DNA of 64,000 bases from Lama guanicoe (taxonomy: Eukaryota): positions 9,308,232-9,372,231 of the forward strand of contig MU056000.1 in assembly GCA_013239625.1 (NCBI GenBank). Direction: 5' to 3'. Within the stretch, counting starts at the first letter, position 1. Each line of letters opens with the position of its first letter. The notes beneath the pieces are model-generated. The model was not told the origin of the DNA. It made no database searches and saw only the letters and a list, made by a program, of their open reading frames with translations. Positions 37,290 through 51,639 of the stretch are shown in pieces. Both the position numbers and the translations under genes were made by a program.

Positions 37290-40200
37290 AGTTTAAAATA
37301 TAACCTCAGATCTGAAATCAAAAGCCCTCACATTGCCCTTAGTTTCTGCTTTTCCCCTGGGATCTCATCTCTCCCTTATGCTCAAATTCTGTCTAGTCCC
37401 TCAGGTATGCTGAATCATTGCTCCCTCATCTCCAGTACCCCAACTCGTCCTTGCTCCTGTTGTAGAATAGAAACTTCTCCTCAGTTGCCTCTCTCAGGAA
37501 GGGCCTCCTTGCCTTGTCTGCTCATCTCTTGGGACAACGGGGTCAAAAGTAACCAAGTGGCAGCCATAGATTTAAGTTTAGAAGGACTGCCTTTGCAACC
37601 ATAGGTGGAAACATCCCCCCTCTTAGAACCAGATCTTCAGAGGTTGAGAGTTTTGTGAACAAGAAGCACAAATTCCCAGGTGTGCCATTGGAGTAATAGT
37701 CCTTGGGGTACACATTAATTTGATGCACTGCCAATACAACATACTATATACACCGCATAGCTCAAACAGCAGAAATTATCTTCTCACAGTTCTGGAAGCT
37801 GGACAATCCAAAATCAAGCTTCCATGTAGTTAGGTCTTTGGTGAGAGTTCTTTTCCTGGTTTTCAGGTGGCTGCCTTCTTGCTGTGTCCTCATTTGGCAA
37901 AGAGAGTGAGCTCTGATGTCTCTTCTTAGAAAGACGCTAATCCCATCAGTTTAGGGCCCACATTTAACAACTTTACTAACATATTGACTTCCATAAAGAT
38001 CGTATCTCCAGATACAGTCACACTGGCAGTTAGGGCTTGAACGTGAATTTTGGGGTCCCACAAACATTCAGAGCATTCTACTCCTGGTCCCCTCAAATTC
38101 ATGTCCTTATCACATGCAAAATGCATTCTTTCCATCCCAATCTCCCCAAAAATCTTAACTCATTCCAGCATCAACTCTAAAGTCTAAAGTTCAAAGTCTC
38201 ATCTAAATTTCATCTAAATCAGGTACAGGTGAGACTCAAAGTATACTTCATCCCTAGGCAGTTCCTCCCAAACTGTGAACCTGTGAAAACAAATGAATTA
38301 TGTGTTCCAAAAATAGAATGGTGGGACAGATACAAGATAGACTTTTCCATTCCAAAATGGAGAAATAGGGAAAAAGGAAGGGGTGACAGATCCAAGCAAG
38401 TCCAAAACCTAGCAAGGTGAAATCCATTAAAGATCAAGGCTCATCTAAGCCTCTTTGGGTCAGTTCCCCACCTTCTGCACCAATTGAGGTGGCAGTCCTG
38501 CCTTCAAAACCCACTGGCATGGTGGTCTGGCCTTCAAGGCTCCAGGGGGTGAGGAGGAGAAGGAGAGGATATGCCACCCACAGGGCTCTGCCAGGTGGGG
38601 GCCCCATCCTCAAGGCTCTGGTTAGCAGCCGTCTGATCTGTTGAAGCAAAGGCATTCTTGGTTTATCTCCTACCCTGTGCTGTACTTGTGTCTTACCAAG
38701 GGCTCCAACAGGCTTACAACTTCTTGTTCATCTATACAAACTAATATGATGCCATCAACATAGTGGCTTCATGTGACAGTTGGCAGAATAATCTTAATCA
38801 TTCTAGACTACATTAAGGCAGAGGGTAAGCCAGTACCACAGCCTGGGGTAAGACCATAAATGTAAGCTCTTACTAATCCCATGCGAATATGAATTGCTTC
38901 TGACTCTCCTTGGAGGGATGAAAAGTAAGCATCCACACTACCCATGGCTGCATAGCAGGTGTCTGGAGCTCTATTACTGTGCTGTGTAATATTACCGTAT
39001 TTGCCACTGTTTGCACTATGACTTGGGTGAATTACATTGGTACAATGTCTTCCTCCAGGATCCATCTGGCTTTTTAGTGCCAAATCAGTAAATTTAATGG
39101 AGATATGATGGCAGCCATCATCTCTGCAGCTTTTATGTCTTTAAGCATGACCATACTCTCTGATATTCCCCCAAGAATGCAACCACTTGTGTTTTATTAA
39201 CTTAGTCAAGAGGCTGGCAGTTTCAGAGGCTCTCCTGATAGTTTCTAACTTGATAGTTCTTATCAAGAGGTCCAGTGATTCTTCATTCCATCTGGACGTA
39301 CAGGAAAGGGGAAATGATCACTGGGTAAGTCTGCGGATCCTCTATGAAACAGAACTAGATGAAGGTTCTATTTATTAGCTTCACTATGCTCGCTCCCTAA
39401 AAGGGAATCCATGATGAATCTCAGGGTCCCCAAATAACAGTTTCAAGATGGACCTTTACCTAATACTTCTCAAAATATCTGGATACTCTCCCTTTCCCTA
39501 GTAGACAGTTGTATGAGCGAAAGTCTGTAGGTCGCTTTGGGGAAGGCCTGGGGGATTATTGCTACTTTATCCTCATTCTGACCCCAGATTTTTTCTTTCA
39601 GTCTAATAAATTCAATGTCTGAGAACTATCTTAGATCCAGAAATTATGCAAGGGATCATGACTTTTCATTGAGGCTCCTGCCCTCTGCCTCCTGATCATC
39701 TAGCCTTCACTTCTTTGGGTTATAGACTGAACAATGTCTTTGTTATTTGCTCATATACTTTCATTCCTGAGAATGGGGTGTTCTATTAAGCATATCCAGA
39801 GCTCTTTCAGGTCAAGCACCCCCAAATGCCATTCTCATCTAGCTATTCATTATGACTATCGTGTCCTCCTTAAAACTGGTGAATAAGCACTGTGATGTGG
39901 CCTCTGATATTTCAATATCCTGTCATCTCCATTTCTATCAGACAGCCCAGCATTTCCTATTACCAAGATTTTTAATCCTAGTTGGCAACTGCTCCTTAAC
40001 CAACTTTATAATCCACCCCTCTTGATCCAACATTTTCAGTATCTGAGCCCAAATCCATTCGCCCTGCTCCTGCTGGAGCATGTTGTTTAGACCTTGCAAC
40101 AACTTGACATGCAGTCCCTTCCTGCCCTTTGTAGGCCCAGCTCTTTCCCAGTTGGGTCAGGAAGGAAAGTGGAATTAAATCTTGATGGAGCTATATGTGG

Positions 40201-40430
40201 TCTTGCAAGGCAGAGTCTCTGCAATGTCTTGAAGGTAGGGAAGAGTGGGATATTTCTGCAGAATTAAAAGGTTCGGGAGAATCCAGGAACTCAAGGCTTT
40301 GAGAGCCTCAATCCAGATGTTCCAAGTATAAGGGTCTCACTCCTTCACAATCAGGGTCCTGCCTCTGGCATACCAGATCTACAAATATTGAAGATTCAGC
40401 CAACTTTGGAGTTCTGCCACTCTCATCAAC
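37290..40430 (-). mobile_element. Degraded ERV-L internal region (gag-pro-RT relic), interrupted by a MaLR element
   Basis: ORF 38808-39083 APDTCYAAMGSVDAYFS resembles ERV-L RT SPGTWYAAIDLANAFFS. An adjacent frame gives QKQFIFAW...TFMVLPQ. Confidence 0.75.
37722..38650 (-). mobile_element. MaLR MLT1A/B-like LTR (about 37722-38074) plus MLT-int fragment
   Basis: ttctcacagttctggaagctgg...ctaatcccatc...atctccagatacagtcacact, then internal caaattcatgtcctt...aagtctcatct...ccattccaaaa. Confidence 0.85.
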
Positions 40431-40529
40431 GAGACCTGAGCCAGATCATCATCATCTTCTACTTTCTAACTGCCTTGTTTCAATTGAGGCAAAGCCGCCA
40501 TGACTTTTTACCTCTATGTCAAGTCACCG

Positions 40530-40680
40530 GGTACAGACTGCCTCCAGGAAGCAAGCATAACTTGGGCAAAGCAGCCTCCTCCAGCTAAGGGTTCTTGGAG
40601 AAGAACTGAGCTGTGAGCAGTCGGTAGACAATGCTACCAGCTGCTGTCAGAATGCAGCTTAGTTCCTGAAGAAAACCACA
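40530..40680 (-). mobile_element. ERV-L LTR fragment (LTR33-like)
   Basis: cagctaagggttcttggagaagaactgagctgtgagc...cagctg...gttcctgaag. Confidence 0.45.
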
Positions 40681-42724
40681 TGCCAGGATAAAGTCCTGAG
40701 CTAACTTCCGGGAACTTTCCTCTAAATTTGGTATTGATTAGTCCTGCTGCTAATGGTTAGGCTCATTTAGCCCTTTTCAAGCCTCTCATGTATATCCCAT
40801 ATCACTCTTTTGCCTCAAAGCTATCTTGACACAATGAAATACAAGTTTTTGATCCCCTCCTGCCCTCTCTTGACAAAACTGGACAAACAGGATGTAAAGA
40901 CAATGCCAAATTTAGTACCATTATATGAGAGCTCCAATAAAGGGTATGAGCTGATTACAGGCTTAAGGGGCTTCTGTTACTTGCAGTTTTGTATTTTAAG
41001 GACAGTCTCAGGATCTCATGAGCCTTCCGTTTCAAGCTCACAATTCATGGCAGACAAGGAAAACATATTTTGGAGGAAAGAGCTTACTTCTCAAAAGCAG
41101 ACTTAGTGACTGCTCATTTAGAAGGCCAGATGACAGTAAAATTTTCCAGTTTGGGTCATTATATATTACTTATTGACCGCAGTACATAGGATGCTAAGGG
41201 GAGACAGATAGCACATGACAGGACACTACGTCTTTGCTTTAACCAACCTCATTACATGGAAACAAACCTTATTTTATAGAAGAACAACATCAATGTATCC
41301 ATTCAACTTTTGTGGACAAATGCCCAAATGCCAATCACTGTCTAGACAACTTAGGTGATACAGAAATTAACAACACTTGACCCCTGAGTCTAGGTTTGCA
41401 ATTTAACTGGGAGAGGCAGAAAAATACAAAACTAACTACATTAGGTGAGACAGAGAACTAGGTAGTATAGAAAATGTGCAAGTAAAATATTGGGCAGAGG
41501 TGAGGGGGCCAAAATCATTTGCACTTTGATGTCTTTGGCACATACTTCACAGTTGTCATCAGCACCCATCAGAGAAAGTCCTAGACAACAGTTACTCTCA
41601 CAGACGCTCACAGAGAACTAGGAATGTGAGAGCCAATGCAGCTGATCACACGGGCATGTGGGTAAGCAGCTCTCAAAGGCTGTAATCAATACTAGAAATG
41701 GAAGTAAATATGCCTAGAAAAGAACCCATCAGGGAGTAATGGGAAAATAATGCTTCTTCTGAAGCGAAAGGAAGCTATTGTCTTTAATATTTCTGCATGT
41801 ATTTGCTTGTTTTGTCTCGACTGATAAATGTGTGGCAGTTTTCTAATGGGAAAAGACACCAGCCATCTGAAATGTAGGCCACTGACAGGAGGGGAACCAG
41901 AAAATCAATACCTTACATCCAAGGAAGTATTGATCTGTTTAACAATTTTGGAAAAAAATACAATGTAGCCAAAAGTTGAATAGAAAAATGAACTTTATAC
42001 TGTGCCCCAAAGATAGCGATATATGAGCCCTGAAACCACAAAGAAAAACTAACGCCAGAGAAATGTTAGTCACAGTTGAGAAACTTATATCCGGAGATGA
42101 TAACGAGTGACTTATGTCAAATTCCACTTGCTTATTGGCTAATTGTTACGTTCCATCTCCACAAATACTGATTAGTGCAGCAGAGTAGAGATTACTGTGC
42201 TGATTTCAGTATTATTACAAATAATGAAGTGTGAATTTCTAAGGATAAAATAGATGTAACTGAAAAATATGTATATTCATAACATCCTTAAAATGTTGCT
42301 CTCATGGCTAGACAGCTCTTAAAGTGACATATATAAGGCATGTGTTATCTGTTGACCCTAATGGTATTAATTTTGCCTCGAAAGTCAGTCAACATCTCTC
42401 TCTCTCTCTCTCTCTTTTATTTATTTATTTTTTTCAGAGGCTTTGCATTTTTCTCTTCCAATTTATTAAAATATCCAGAGATTCCATTATAGTCCACACC
42501 CTGAGAGGAAACGTCTGAGCAGGCAGCCCTGCTGGAAAATATGAGAGTACAGACTTTACTTCTCACTGCCAGTATCTCAGTTACTCAGACAACTTTTAAA
42601 CATATGTATGAGTGTTTGTTCAAGGTTAAATGCCAAGGAAGAAAAGTTAGCATTAAAATCACTCAGCTCGTGTTTGACATTTCTGCAGTAAAGGATGATT
42701 ATCCTTGACTTTAGATTATGTATC

Positions 42725-45657
42725 TTTTTTTTTAATTCAAGTATAATTGATTTACAAAGTTGTGCTAGTTTCTGGTGTACAGAATAGGGATTCAGTTATA
42801 TATATATAACTGAATATATATATTCTTTTTCATTGTAGTTTATTACAAGATATTGAATATATATACTGTGCTGTACAGTAGGACCTTGTTGCTTATCTAT
42901 TATATATATAGTAGGTTGTATCCACTAATCTCAAACACCTAATTTATCCCCCCTCATCATCTCCCCTATGGTAACCATAAGTTTTCTACATCTGTGTGTC
43001 TGTTTCTGTTTCATAAATAAGTTCATTTGTGTCATTTTTTAGATTCCACATATAAGTGATATCATGTGGTATTTTTCCTTCTCTGTCTGGCTTACTTCAC
43101 TTAGAATGACATTCTCCATGTCCATCCATGTTGCTGCAAATGACATTACCTCATTCTTTTTTATGGCTGAGTAGCATTCCATTGTGTATATATATATACA
43201 CTTGTGAGAAGTAGTGAGAAGTAAATACACAAGTGTATATATATATACACTTAAACTTCATTATCCAGTTATCTGTCAATGGATATTTAGTTTGCTTCCA
43301 TGTCTTTACTATTGTAAATAATGCTGCTATGAACATTGGGGTGCATGTATCTTTTTGAATTATAGTTTTCTTCTGATATATGCCCAGGAATGGAATTGCT
43401 GGATCATTTGGTAACTCTATTTTAGTTTTTTAAGAAATCTCCATACTTTTTTCCATAGCAGCTGCACCAAATTACATTCCTAACAACAGTGTATGAGGGT
43501 TCCTTTCCTCCACACCCTTTCCAGCATTTTTTGTTTGTGGACTTTTCAATAATGGCCACTCTGACTGATGTGAGGTGATACCTCATTGTAGTTTTGATTT
43601 GCGTTTCTCTGATAAGAAGCGATATTGAGCACCTTTTTATGTGCCTATAGGCCATCTGTATGTCTTCATTGAAAAAATGACTGTTTAGGTCTTCTGCCCA
43701 TTTTTGGATTGGCTTGCTTGTTTTTTGTTATTGAGTTGTATAAGCTGTTTATATATTGTAGAAGTTAAGCCCTTGTCAGTCACATCATTTGCATATATTT
43801 TTATCCCATTCTGTAGATTGTCTTTTCATTTTGTTTATGATTTCCTTTGCTATGAAAAAGCTTATAAGTTTAATTAAGTCCCATTTATTTATTTTTGCTT
43901 TTATTTCTATTGCCTGGGTAGACCAACCTAGGAAAACATTGCTAAGATTTATGTCAGAGAATGTTTTGCCTGTGTCGTCTTCCTGGAGATCCATGGTGTC
44001 CTGTCGTATGTTTAAGTCTTTAAGTCATTTTAAGTTTATTTCTGTGTATGGTATAAGAAAGTGTTCTAACTGCATCTGTTTACATGCAGCTGTTCAGCTT
44101 TCTCAACACCACTTGCTAAAGAGGCTGTCTCTTCCCATTGTATATTCTCGCCTCCTTTGTCGAAGGTCAATTGACTGTAGGTGAGTGGGTTTATTTCTGG
44201 GCTCTCTATTCTGCTCCATTGATCCGTATGTCTGTTTTTGTGCCAATACCATGCTGCTTTGATTACTGAAGTCTGAAAGGGTTATGCCTCCAGCTTCATT
44301 CTTTTTCTTCGGTATTGCTTTGGCAATTTTGAGTCTTTTGTGATTCCATACAAATTTTAAAATCATTTGTTTTACTTTTATGAAAAATGTCCTAAGTAAT
44401 TTGATAGGGATCACATTAAATCTGTAAATTGCTTTGAGTAGTATGGCCATTTCAACAATATTAACTCTTCCAATCCAAGAGAATATGGTATCTTTCCATT
44501 TCTGTAAGTCATTTTTTAATTTCCTTTATCAATGTTTTATAGTTCTCATCATATGTCTTTCACCTCCTTGGTCAAGTTTATTCCTAAGTATTTTATTTTT
44601 TATGCAATTTTAAAAGAGATTTTTTTTTAACTTTCATTTTCTGATATTTTCTTGTTAGAGTAGAGAATGCAGCAGATTTCTGTATGTTAATCTTATATTC
44701 TGCTACCTTGCTGAATTCATTTATCAGCTCTAGTAGTTTTTGTGCAGAGTCTTTAGGGTTTTCAATATATAGTATCATGTCATCTGCATATAATGACAAT
44801 TTACGTCTTCTTTTCTAATCTGGATTCCTTTTATTTCTTTTTCCTGTCTGATTTCTGTGGCTAGGACTTCCAATGCTATGTTGAATTGAAGTGGTGAGAC
44901 TGGGCATCCTTGTCTTGTTCCAGATTTTAGCTGGAAGGCGCTCAACTTTTCACCATTGAGTATTATGTTGGCTGTGGGTTTGTCACAAATAGCTTTTATT
45001 AATTTGAGATATGTTCCTTCTATATCCACTTGGTAAGAGTTTTTATCATGAATGGATGCTGAATTTTATCAAATGCTTTTCCTGAGTCTAGTGAGATAAT
45101 TACGTGGTTTTTTATTTTTCTTTTGTTGATGATGTGTCACGTTGATTGATTTGCTTATGTTGAACCTTGTGACCCTGGGATGATCTTACTTAATCTTAAT
45201 GTATGATCTTTTTTATGTGTTGTTGGATTCCATTTGCTAATATTTTGTTGAGAATTTTTGCATCTATATTCATCAAAGTTATTGGTCTGTAATTTTCTTT
45301 TTGGTAGTGTCTTTGTTTTTGGTAGCAGGGTGATGGTGGCTTCATAGGATGAGTCTGGGAATGTTTCATTCTTTTTAGTCTTTTGGAAGAGTTTGAGAAG
45401 TATCAGTATAAATTTTTCTTTGTATGCGTGGTAGAATTCCTGAGCAAAGCCATCCAGTCCTGGACTTTTGTTTGTGGGTGGTTTTTGTTTGTTCATTTGT
45501 TTTAATTATAAATTCGATTTCATTTCTAGTAAGAAGTCTGTTCAAATTATCTATTTCTTCTTGATTCAGTTTTGGTGGACTGTATGCTTCTAGAAATTTG
45601 TCCATTCCTTTTAGGCTGTCCAATTTGTTGTCATGTAGTTAGTTATTCATACTATTC

Positions 45658-45696
<39 letters not shown>

Positions 45697-46084
45697 TATT
45701 TCTGTGGTTTTGGTTGTAATTTCCCCTCTTTCATTTCTTACTTTGTTTATTTGGGTCCTCTCTCTTTTCTTCTTAATGAACCAGGACAAGTTTTTTGGTT
45801 TTATTTTTTTTTTCGAAAAAAAAAAAAAAAGCTCTTGGTTTGATAGATTTTTTTTCTATTTTTTAATCTCTATTTTATCTATTTCCTGACTGTTATTTAT
45901 TATATTTCTTCCTTCTGCTGACTTTAGGTTTTGTTTTTTTCCTTTTTCTAATTATTTTAGGTGGTAAGTTTTAGGCTGTTTATTTGAGATTTTTATTGTT
46001 TTTTGAAGAAAGCCTGTATCACTAGAAACCTCCCTCATAGGATTGCTTTTGCTGCATCTCATCGATTTTGTGTGGTTGTGTTAT
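42725..46084 (-). mobile_element. 5'-truncated L1 (about 3.4 kb, ORF2 RT and C-terminal domain plus 3' UTR), frameshifted
   Basis: ORF-track fragments [30 protein letters not shown]...GTRQGCP, KSPGLDGF, AIYRFNVIPIK, MFIAALFTIVKTW, poly-T at the 3' end. Confidence 0.97.
45658..45693. repeat. (TG)n microsatellite inside L1
   Basis: Direct observation. Confidence 0.95.
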
Positions 46085-47615
46085 ATTATCCTTCTTGATT
46101 ATAACTTTCACAGTGTGACTGTTTTAAAAATGCTCCAAATTAGCAAGTCTTCTCAAAAGAATGCAAACTTGAATACTGAATTTCCTTCATTGGAATGTTC
46201 TGATTATACTCAGCAAATCTCAAATTGGGACCTCAGTTCTAGTTTGAAGGTAACAAGTTTTATAATAATTCTAACTATACCAGAGCTGAGTTAAAAAGAC
46301 AAACAAAATATAGACCTTATTAATTTCTAATTGAATTTTTTGTTTATCCTTTCTTATACCCAGTCACCCTTGCTGAGTTCTGGGGAATGTATTCACTCTA
46401 TGTTAGTCTAAAGGGGAAGCTAACTTCATGTACAATTTTGCTTAAATGTATCTTTTAGAAATATAAATGTTCTGAAAGTTGAATTCACTGTTCTCTTCTA
46501 TCAAAAAGAAGTAACTCCATTTTAAAGTCGATAAAGACTTCTTAGGAAAAAGATCTTCTCTATGAAGCCACTCCTTTATCCTCATTGCTTAGGAAAGACC
46601 TAGAGACACTCGACAAATATTCACTGAATGAACCAATGCATATACTTGGTTGTTATTAATAAAGAGCAATCAAAAGTCCTTGGTGCCAATAATGAAAGGG
46701 CAAAATGCACAAATGTGTTACATTTATAACAAAATTAGAAAGCTTAATGCTCTAAAGTCCTGGCTACTTAAACAAGAGAAAGTAGCATTGTTCTATTTTG
46801 TCCCTTGAATGAAGGATGGGAGTAGAGAGGGTGAGTAATAGACTATTTTCCAGAAAGCAGAGAAATCAATACTCCTTCTCATGATAAACTCTTTTCCAGA
46901 GGTTTCCAACTACAGAGATGATGGTTATGTAGGGATACAGGTCTTCCTTTTAAATCATGAGTCTTTCCCTCACAGAGCATACAGTCATAGCAGGTGCAAT
47001 GAGGAGTATCAGTAGGAAAGATAGGCTAGGGAATGGTCAACTTCAGTGACCCCTTATAACTTCTGCTTCCTCCTTTGAATTCTCAGCTCTAGCCACAGTT
47101 TCTATCACCTATGATAACCTAGCAGAGTTTTCTTAGAATCATTGCCTACGTAAAACTTCTGCTCAATGTTAACCATATGTCAGCCAAGAATTTATTAAGA
47201 ATGCATTGGTCAAATCTCTGTGAAATTTTTAACCTACTAACCTTATATCCTGATCATTCATTACCTTAATGTTTAATGGAAATATGAAAAGTAGTCTTCA
47301 CTGAGTAATCTTCATTATTCCAAACCCATGTTTTCTGAAAATCTAGCTCTGTATGAAGAAGATAAAGACAAAAATTATAAGTTAAGAATTTCTAATGTCA
47401 TAGAAATAAAAAAGAGACTTTTTTTTAAAACTTGAATTAGGGTGGAATTGACTTTTTATTTGAATTAAGGTGGAACTTTCATATGAATTAAAGTGGAAAA
47501 TGACCCATGGCTATCCATACCTATGGCTATCCAAAAGAGTTGCACAGGTAGGTAGAAAGATAGATACAGATATCAGCCAAGTGTTGGTCTTGCTGCAAGT
47601 TGGTTTGGGATCCAC

Positions 47616-48105
47616 TGTCAGGTATCAATATTCTCCTCTTAAACAAACAATTTCATAAAATATCACTATCAGACAAAGACCCTCTGTGACCATGATCTAT
47701 CAAGGGGAAAAAGTGACCCCTCCATAATCATGCCTACACACAAACAAAACGTGGATGTTGTTCAAACAACAAAAATGACCAATCATCTCCTTGCACTAGA
47801 TTTTGTTTTTATCAATTATATGTAAGTCTCAGTCTAGTCTTCCTTTCTTCCAGATAAAGTTTATTAAGAGACCCAATCATAGCAGTACCCTCACCTTATG
47901 ACAACATCCAATTCATGGCAAAACCCTACTTCCTTAAACCTTCTCAGTGATCATCTAACTCAAGCCCAAATCCTTCTAATACCTTTTCACTAAGACGCCC
48001 TACAGTTGCCCGTGGTGTGAGTTCTCCCTTGTTGAAGTTGTAATAAACCAACTTGTTCAATTACAGGTGTGTTCCTGGTGGTCTTTAAGCTAGAGGGCAT
48101 TGACA
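47616..48105 (+). mobile_element. Solo ERV1-type LTR (MER31/MER67/MER89-like)
   Basis: TGTCA...TGACA inverted termini, AATAAA about 65 nt before the end, followed by caggtgtgttcctggtggtcttt. Confidence 0.7.
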
Positions 48106-49339
48106 CAGCCATTACCCATCCAACTCACCGCTGCCTTTTTCCTTGCATGCTAGGTGACATGCTGTTACTTTTAACATGCTAAAAATAGAAAATGTATAAT
48201 CTTTTCACATTGAAACTTGGTTACAAAGCTTCCTCTCAAACCCACAAATTGTTATAAGCTGTACAAGCAAGAGGTAAAATGAAAATGTAAAACTAAATAA
48301 TATTAGGGAGAAAAATGTCCACCTTTATCTAGGTTATTTCAAATACAGATCTAATGGGAGGCACACCTATAACCATCCATCACAATTTTCTCCTACATTT
48401 TTACTCTCAGGGTTCCTTGTGGATTTTTTGAAATCAATTACAGTTTTAGTCACTGAAAAATGATCCCTTTCTAGGGAAACTTTATTGTCATGCTTGTGAT
48501 ATATATTTTTGCTATTTTTCCTTGAGAACAGAAGAAAATTATTGTATATTCTTTAATATGGAATGATTTATTTCTTCATTTCACTGACCAAAATAGTTTT
48601 GGATTGAAAGAATTATTTTGCATATTGCTATACCAGCCTCTAATAATTTATGTGCTTTTTATGCTGAACCAATTGATCAATTTACATATTTATTCTTTCA
48701 TAATTTTTGTTTGCTTCTGAATTTACCCATGTAATGTCCAACATGATTCATTACTCATATTTTATAAATTGTCACTCCTTTGTGTGAATCTGAAATGAGA
48801 GTCAGCGGGAAACATAATATTTTTCATGCCTAACAGAGTTTGCTTTCTTTTCTGCATTTCCATATACTCCTACCTAAGCTTTGCTGGGCTGTAAACAAAC
48901 CTTTGTGAAGTTTTGAACATATGTTGAAAAATTATCCTAAACTAACAATCGTGTGTATAGGCTTACTGAATTAGACAAACCACTCGTCTTGCTTACATGT
49001 AACGTCACATCAACAATTTTAAGCACCCAGAAGTCAATAAAGCTGGTCCTTGAATCTTTGCATTTGTTGTATCTCGGACAGAACCACAGACTTTGACACT
49101 ATCCAGAATACAAGATATAGCAGAATATTAGTAATTAAATTTAAACTATGACTATCTATAAGGCAACAAAAATAAGTAGTTATAATCTTAGCTTGTATTA
49201 GTTCCTAAGAATTATTCTGAATGTAATTGATGGTGTCCGGTTTCAGTGAGTTCATGTGGTTAATGGGAACAGAGGAAGTAGCATTCTTGCCAACAAAACC
49301 TTGTATGTAATGTTACGGAACTCAACAGACTCTTACTTT

Positions 49340-50385
49340 TTTGGAATCCGGGATCTTATACAATCATTTGAAAAATTATTGAGGACCACAAAGATCTCTT
49401 GATGATGTATGTACCAATATTTGCTTCATTAAGTATTAAAGCTGAGAATATAACTATTTTATTAATTCCATTTAAAAATACCAATAATAATCCTATTACA
49501 CATACAAAAAATAACAAAGCTATATATTTGAAAACAACGAATATAGTGGGAAGAGTAATATTTTTTGCATTTTTGCGAATCTCTTTAAAGCCTGGCAACC
49601 TACGTGGCTTTGGTTAGAGTAAATGAAGAAATACATACATATCTATTTGGCAAGAAAAAAATGTGAATAGTCTTCCATATAATTATGGATGTTCCTTTTG
49701 TTACCAAAATTCACAATGACTGGTTGCAGTATAAAACTTGAAATCATATCAATTAATTGTTTGCACTCTGCTTCATTATCTACTAGTGGCTTTAAAGTAG
49801 CGACTTACTGTTTGTGTTTTTGCACCTTGAATAGATATTTTCCCATTGCCAGATTTTGCCAGCACCATGCAGTGGCCATTTAGAAATTACCCATTCCTTC
49901 AGTTACACTGATCACCAAAATGTTAACACATTTCCTTACACAGTATCAAAAATTGTACTTGTCAGCATCGCTGGCAATCTCATCAGAAAAAGTCCTTAAA
50001 CTTTCAGGAACTGATACTGATAAATATGCATTTAAAAAATTCTAATTCCCCTTGAAAGTTTAAGTTTTATCATTGGCCTCAAGTACCATCAGATATTTTC
50101 CTTGAAGTAACAGTCTCATCCTACACATTTATGAGAAAACGTCTGCCAGGGACTCAGGTCTCAATAACCATAGTTTGTTTATCTGTTGTTTCCTCAAGTG
50201 AAAAAGAGTTGTTCCAAGACAAGAGCATTTAGATCAGCTCACAATCACACATGCGCTTTTTCTGGAGACAACCATCACATTTCAGTAGGCAGCAAACATG
50301 TTTTAAGTGTCCTTTCCACGTCATCATCCTGAATATTAAAAGGAGGAGTACTTGATAGAGAAGATACAATAAAACTTAAAATTCT
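49340..50385 (-). mobile_element. Second Charlie1-like hAT transposon relic
   Basis: The - strand near 50260-50297 reads LLPTEM*WLSPEKA, matching hAT LLHTEVRWLSRGKA. Shares motifs with the 28.4-29.7 kb copy. Confidence 0.8.
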
Positions 50386-50744
50386 GCATGTGAGATCTTC
50401 CTCAGCTACGATGGGCAAAATTTTCCACTATTTCCCACACATTTTTGTCTATTTTTCTATTGCATAGCATCCAGCCCTCTGTTATATAATCTACCAAGTA
50501 TGTAAGTACAGTAATCACACAAGTGTTTACCTTCCTCATAAAATGCTAAATTTCTCAAGGTTTTAGATAATCATATTCATCTTTTTGTAAGTGACACTTA
50601 GCAAATCCCTTGTCAGATATTAGGGCTTCAGGCATGGAAGGAAACACAAATAATTGTGCTTTCTATAACAGCTTAATTAAATACCATGCAAGGCAGAATG
50701 AAGATCCTTATTAAAACCTACGGAAAACATAAGACAGGAGTGCA

Positions 50745-51320
50745 TCAAAAAAAATTAACAATAGCACCATATGATTCAGCAATTTCACTTCTGGATATAT
50801 TTCCAAAAGAATTGAAATTAGGGAATCTTGGAGAAATAGCTAGTCTCCCATCTTCCACCGCAGCATTATTCACAATAGCTGAGATAAGACAATAACCCAA
50901 ATTTCCACTGACATTTGAATGGATAAAGAAAATGAGCTATATACATATAATGGAATATTATCATTAAGCCTTGTAAAAGAAGGAAACCCTATCATTTCTG
51001 ACATGAGTGAACCTGAAGAACATCATGCTGAGCGAAATAACCAAGTCACAGAAGGACAGATAGTGCATGATCTCACTTATATGAGGAATATAAAAAAGTC
51101 AAAAAAGTAGAGTCAAACAATGGTTGCCAGGGGCTGGGAAGAGGGGGAACTGAGAGTTGTTCAACAGATTTAAAGTTTCACTTATGCAAAATTGGACAAG
51201 TTCTAGAGATCTGCTATAAATACCTGTAGTTACCAACACAGTGTTTTGCACTTAAAACTTAAAAAATTTGTTAAGAGGGTAGACCTCAAGTTAAGTATTC
51301 TTACTGTAAGAAGAAAGGAC
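50745..51320 (+). mobile_element. L1MA/L1MB-type 3' end
   Basis: PYDSAISLLDIFPKELK, AALFTIA, aagttctagagatctgct and ttaagagggtagacctc motifs. Confidence 0.85.
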
Positions 51321-51406
51321 AAATACACACACACACATATATATAGTTACCCTTATCATCATATTAAATAATGCAATGTACATATTTTTAAAAAAGAGAA
51401 CAAAAA

Positions 51407-51639
51407 GAGATAGACTGGGATTTCAAAATTGTAGAATAGATAAACAAGATTATACTGTACAGCACAGGGAAATATATACAAGATCTTATGGTAGCTTACA
51501 GAGAAAAAAATGTGACAATGAATATATGTATGTTCATGTATAACTGAAAAATTGTGCTCTACACTGGAATTTGACACAACATTGTAAAATGATTATAAAT
51601 CAATAAAAAAGTTTTAAAAAATTAACTTCAAAAAAAAAG
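51407..51639 (+). mobile_element. Young L1 3' tip
   Basis: agactgggatttcaaaattgtagaatag...caataaaa plus A tail, TSD AGAGAACAAAAA. Confidence 0.85.
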
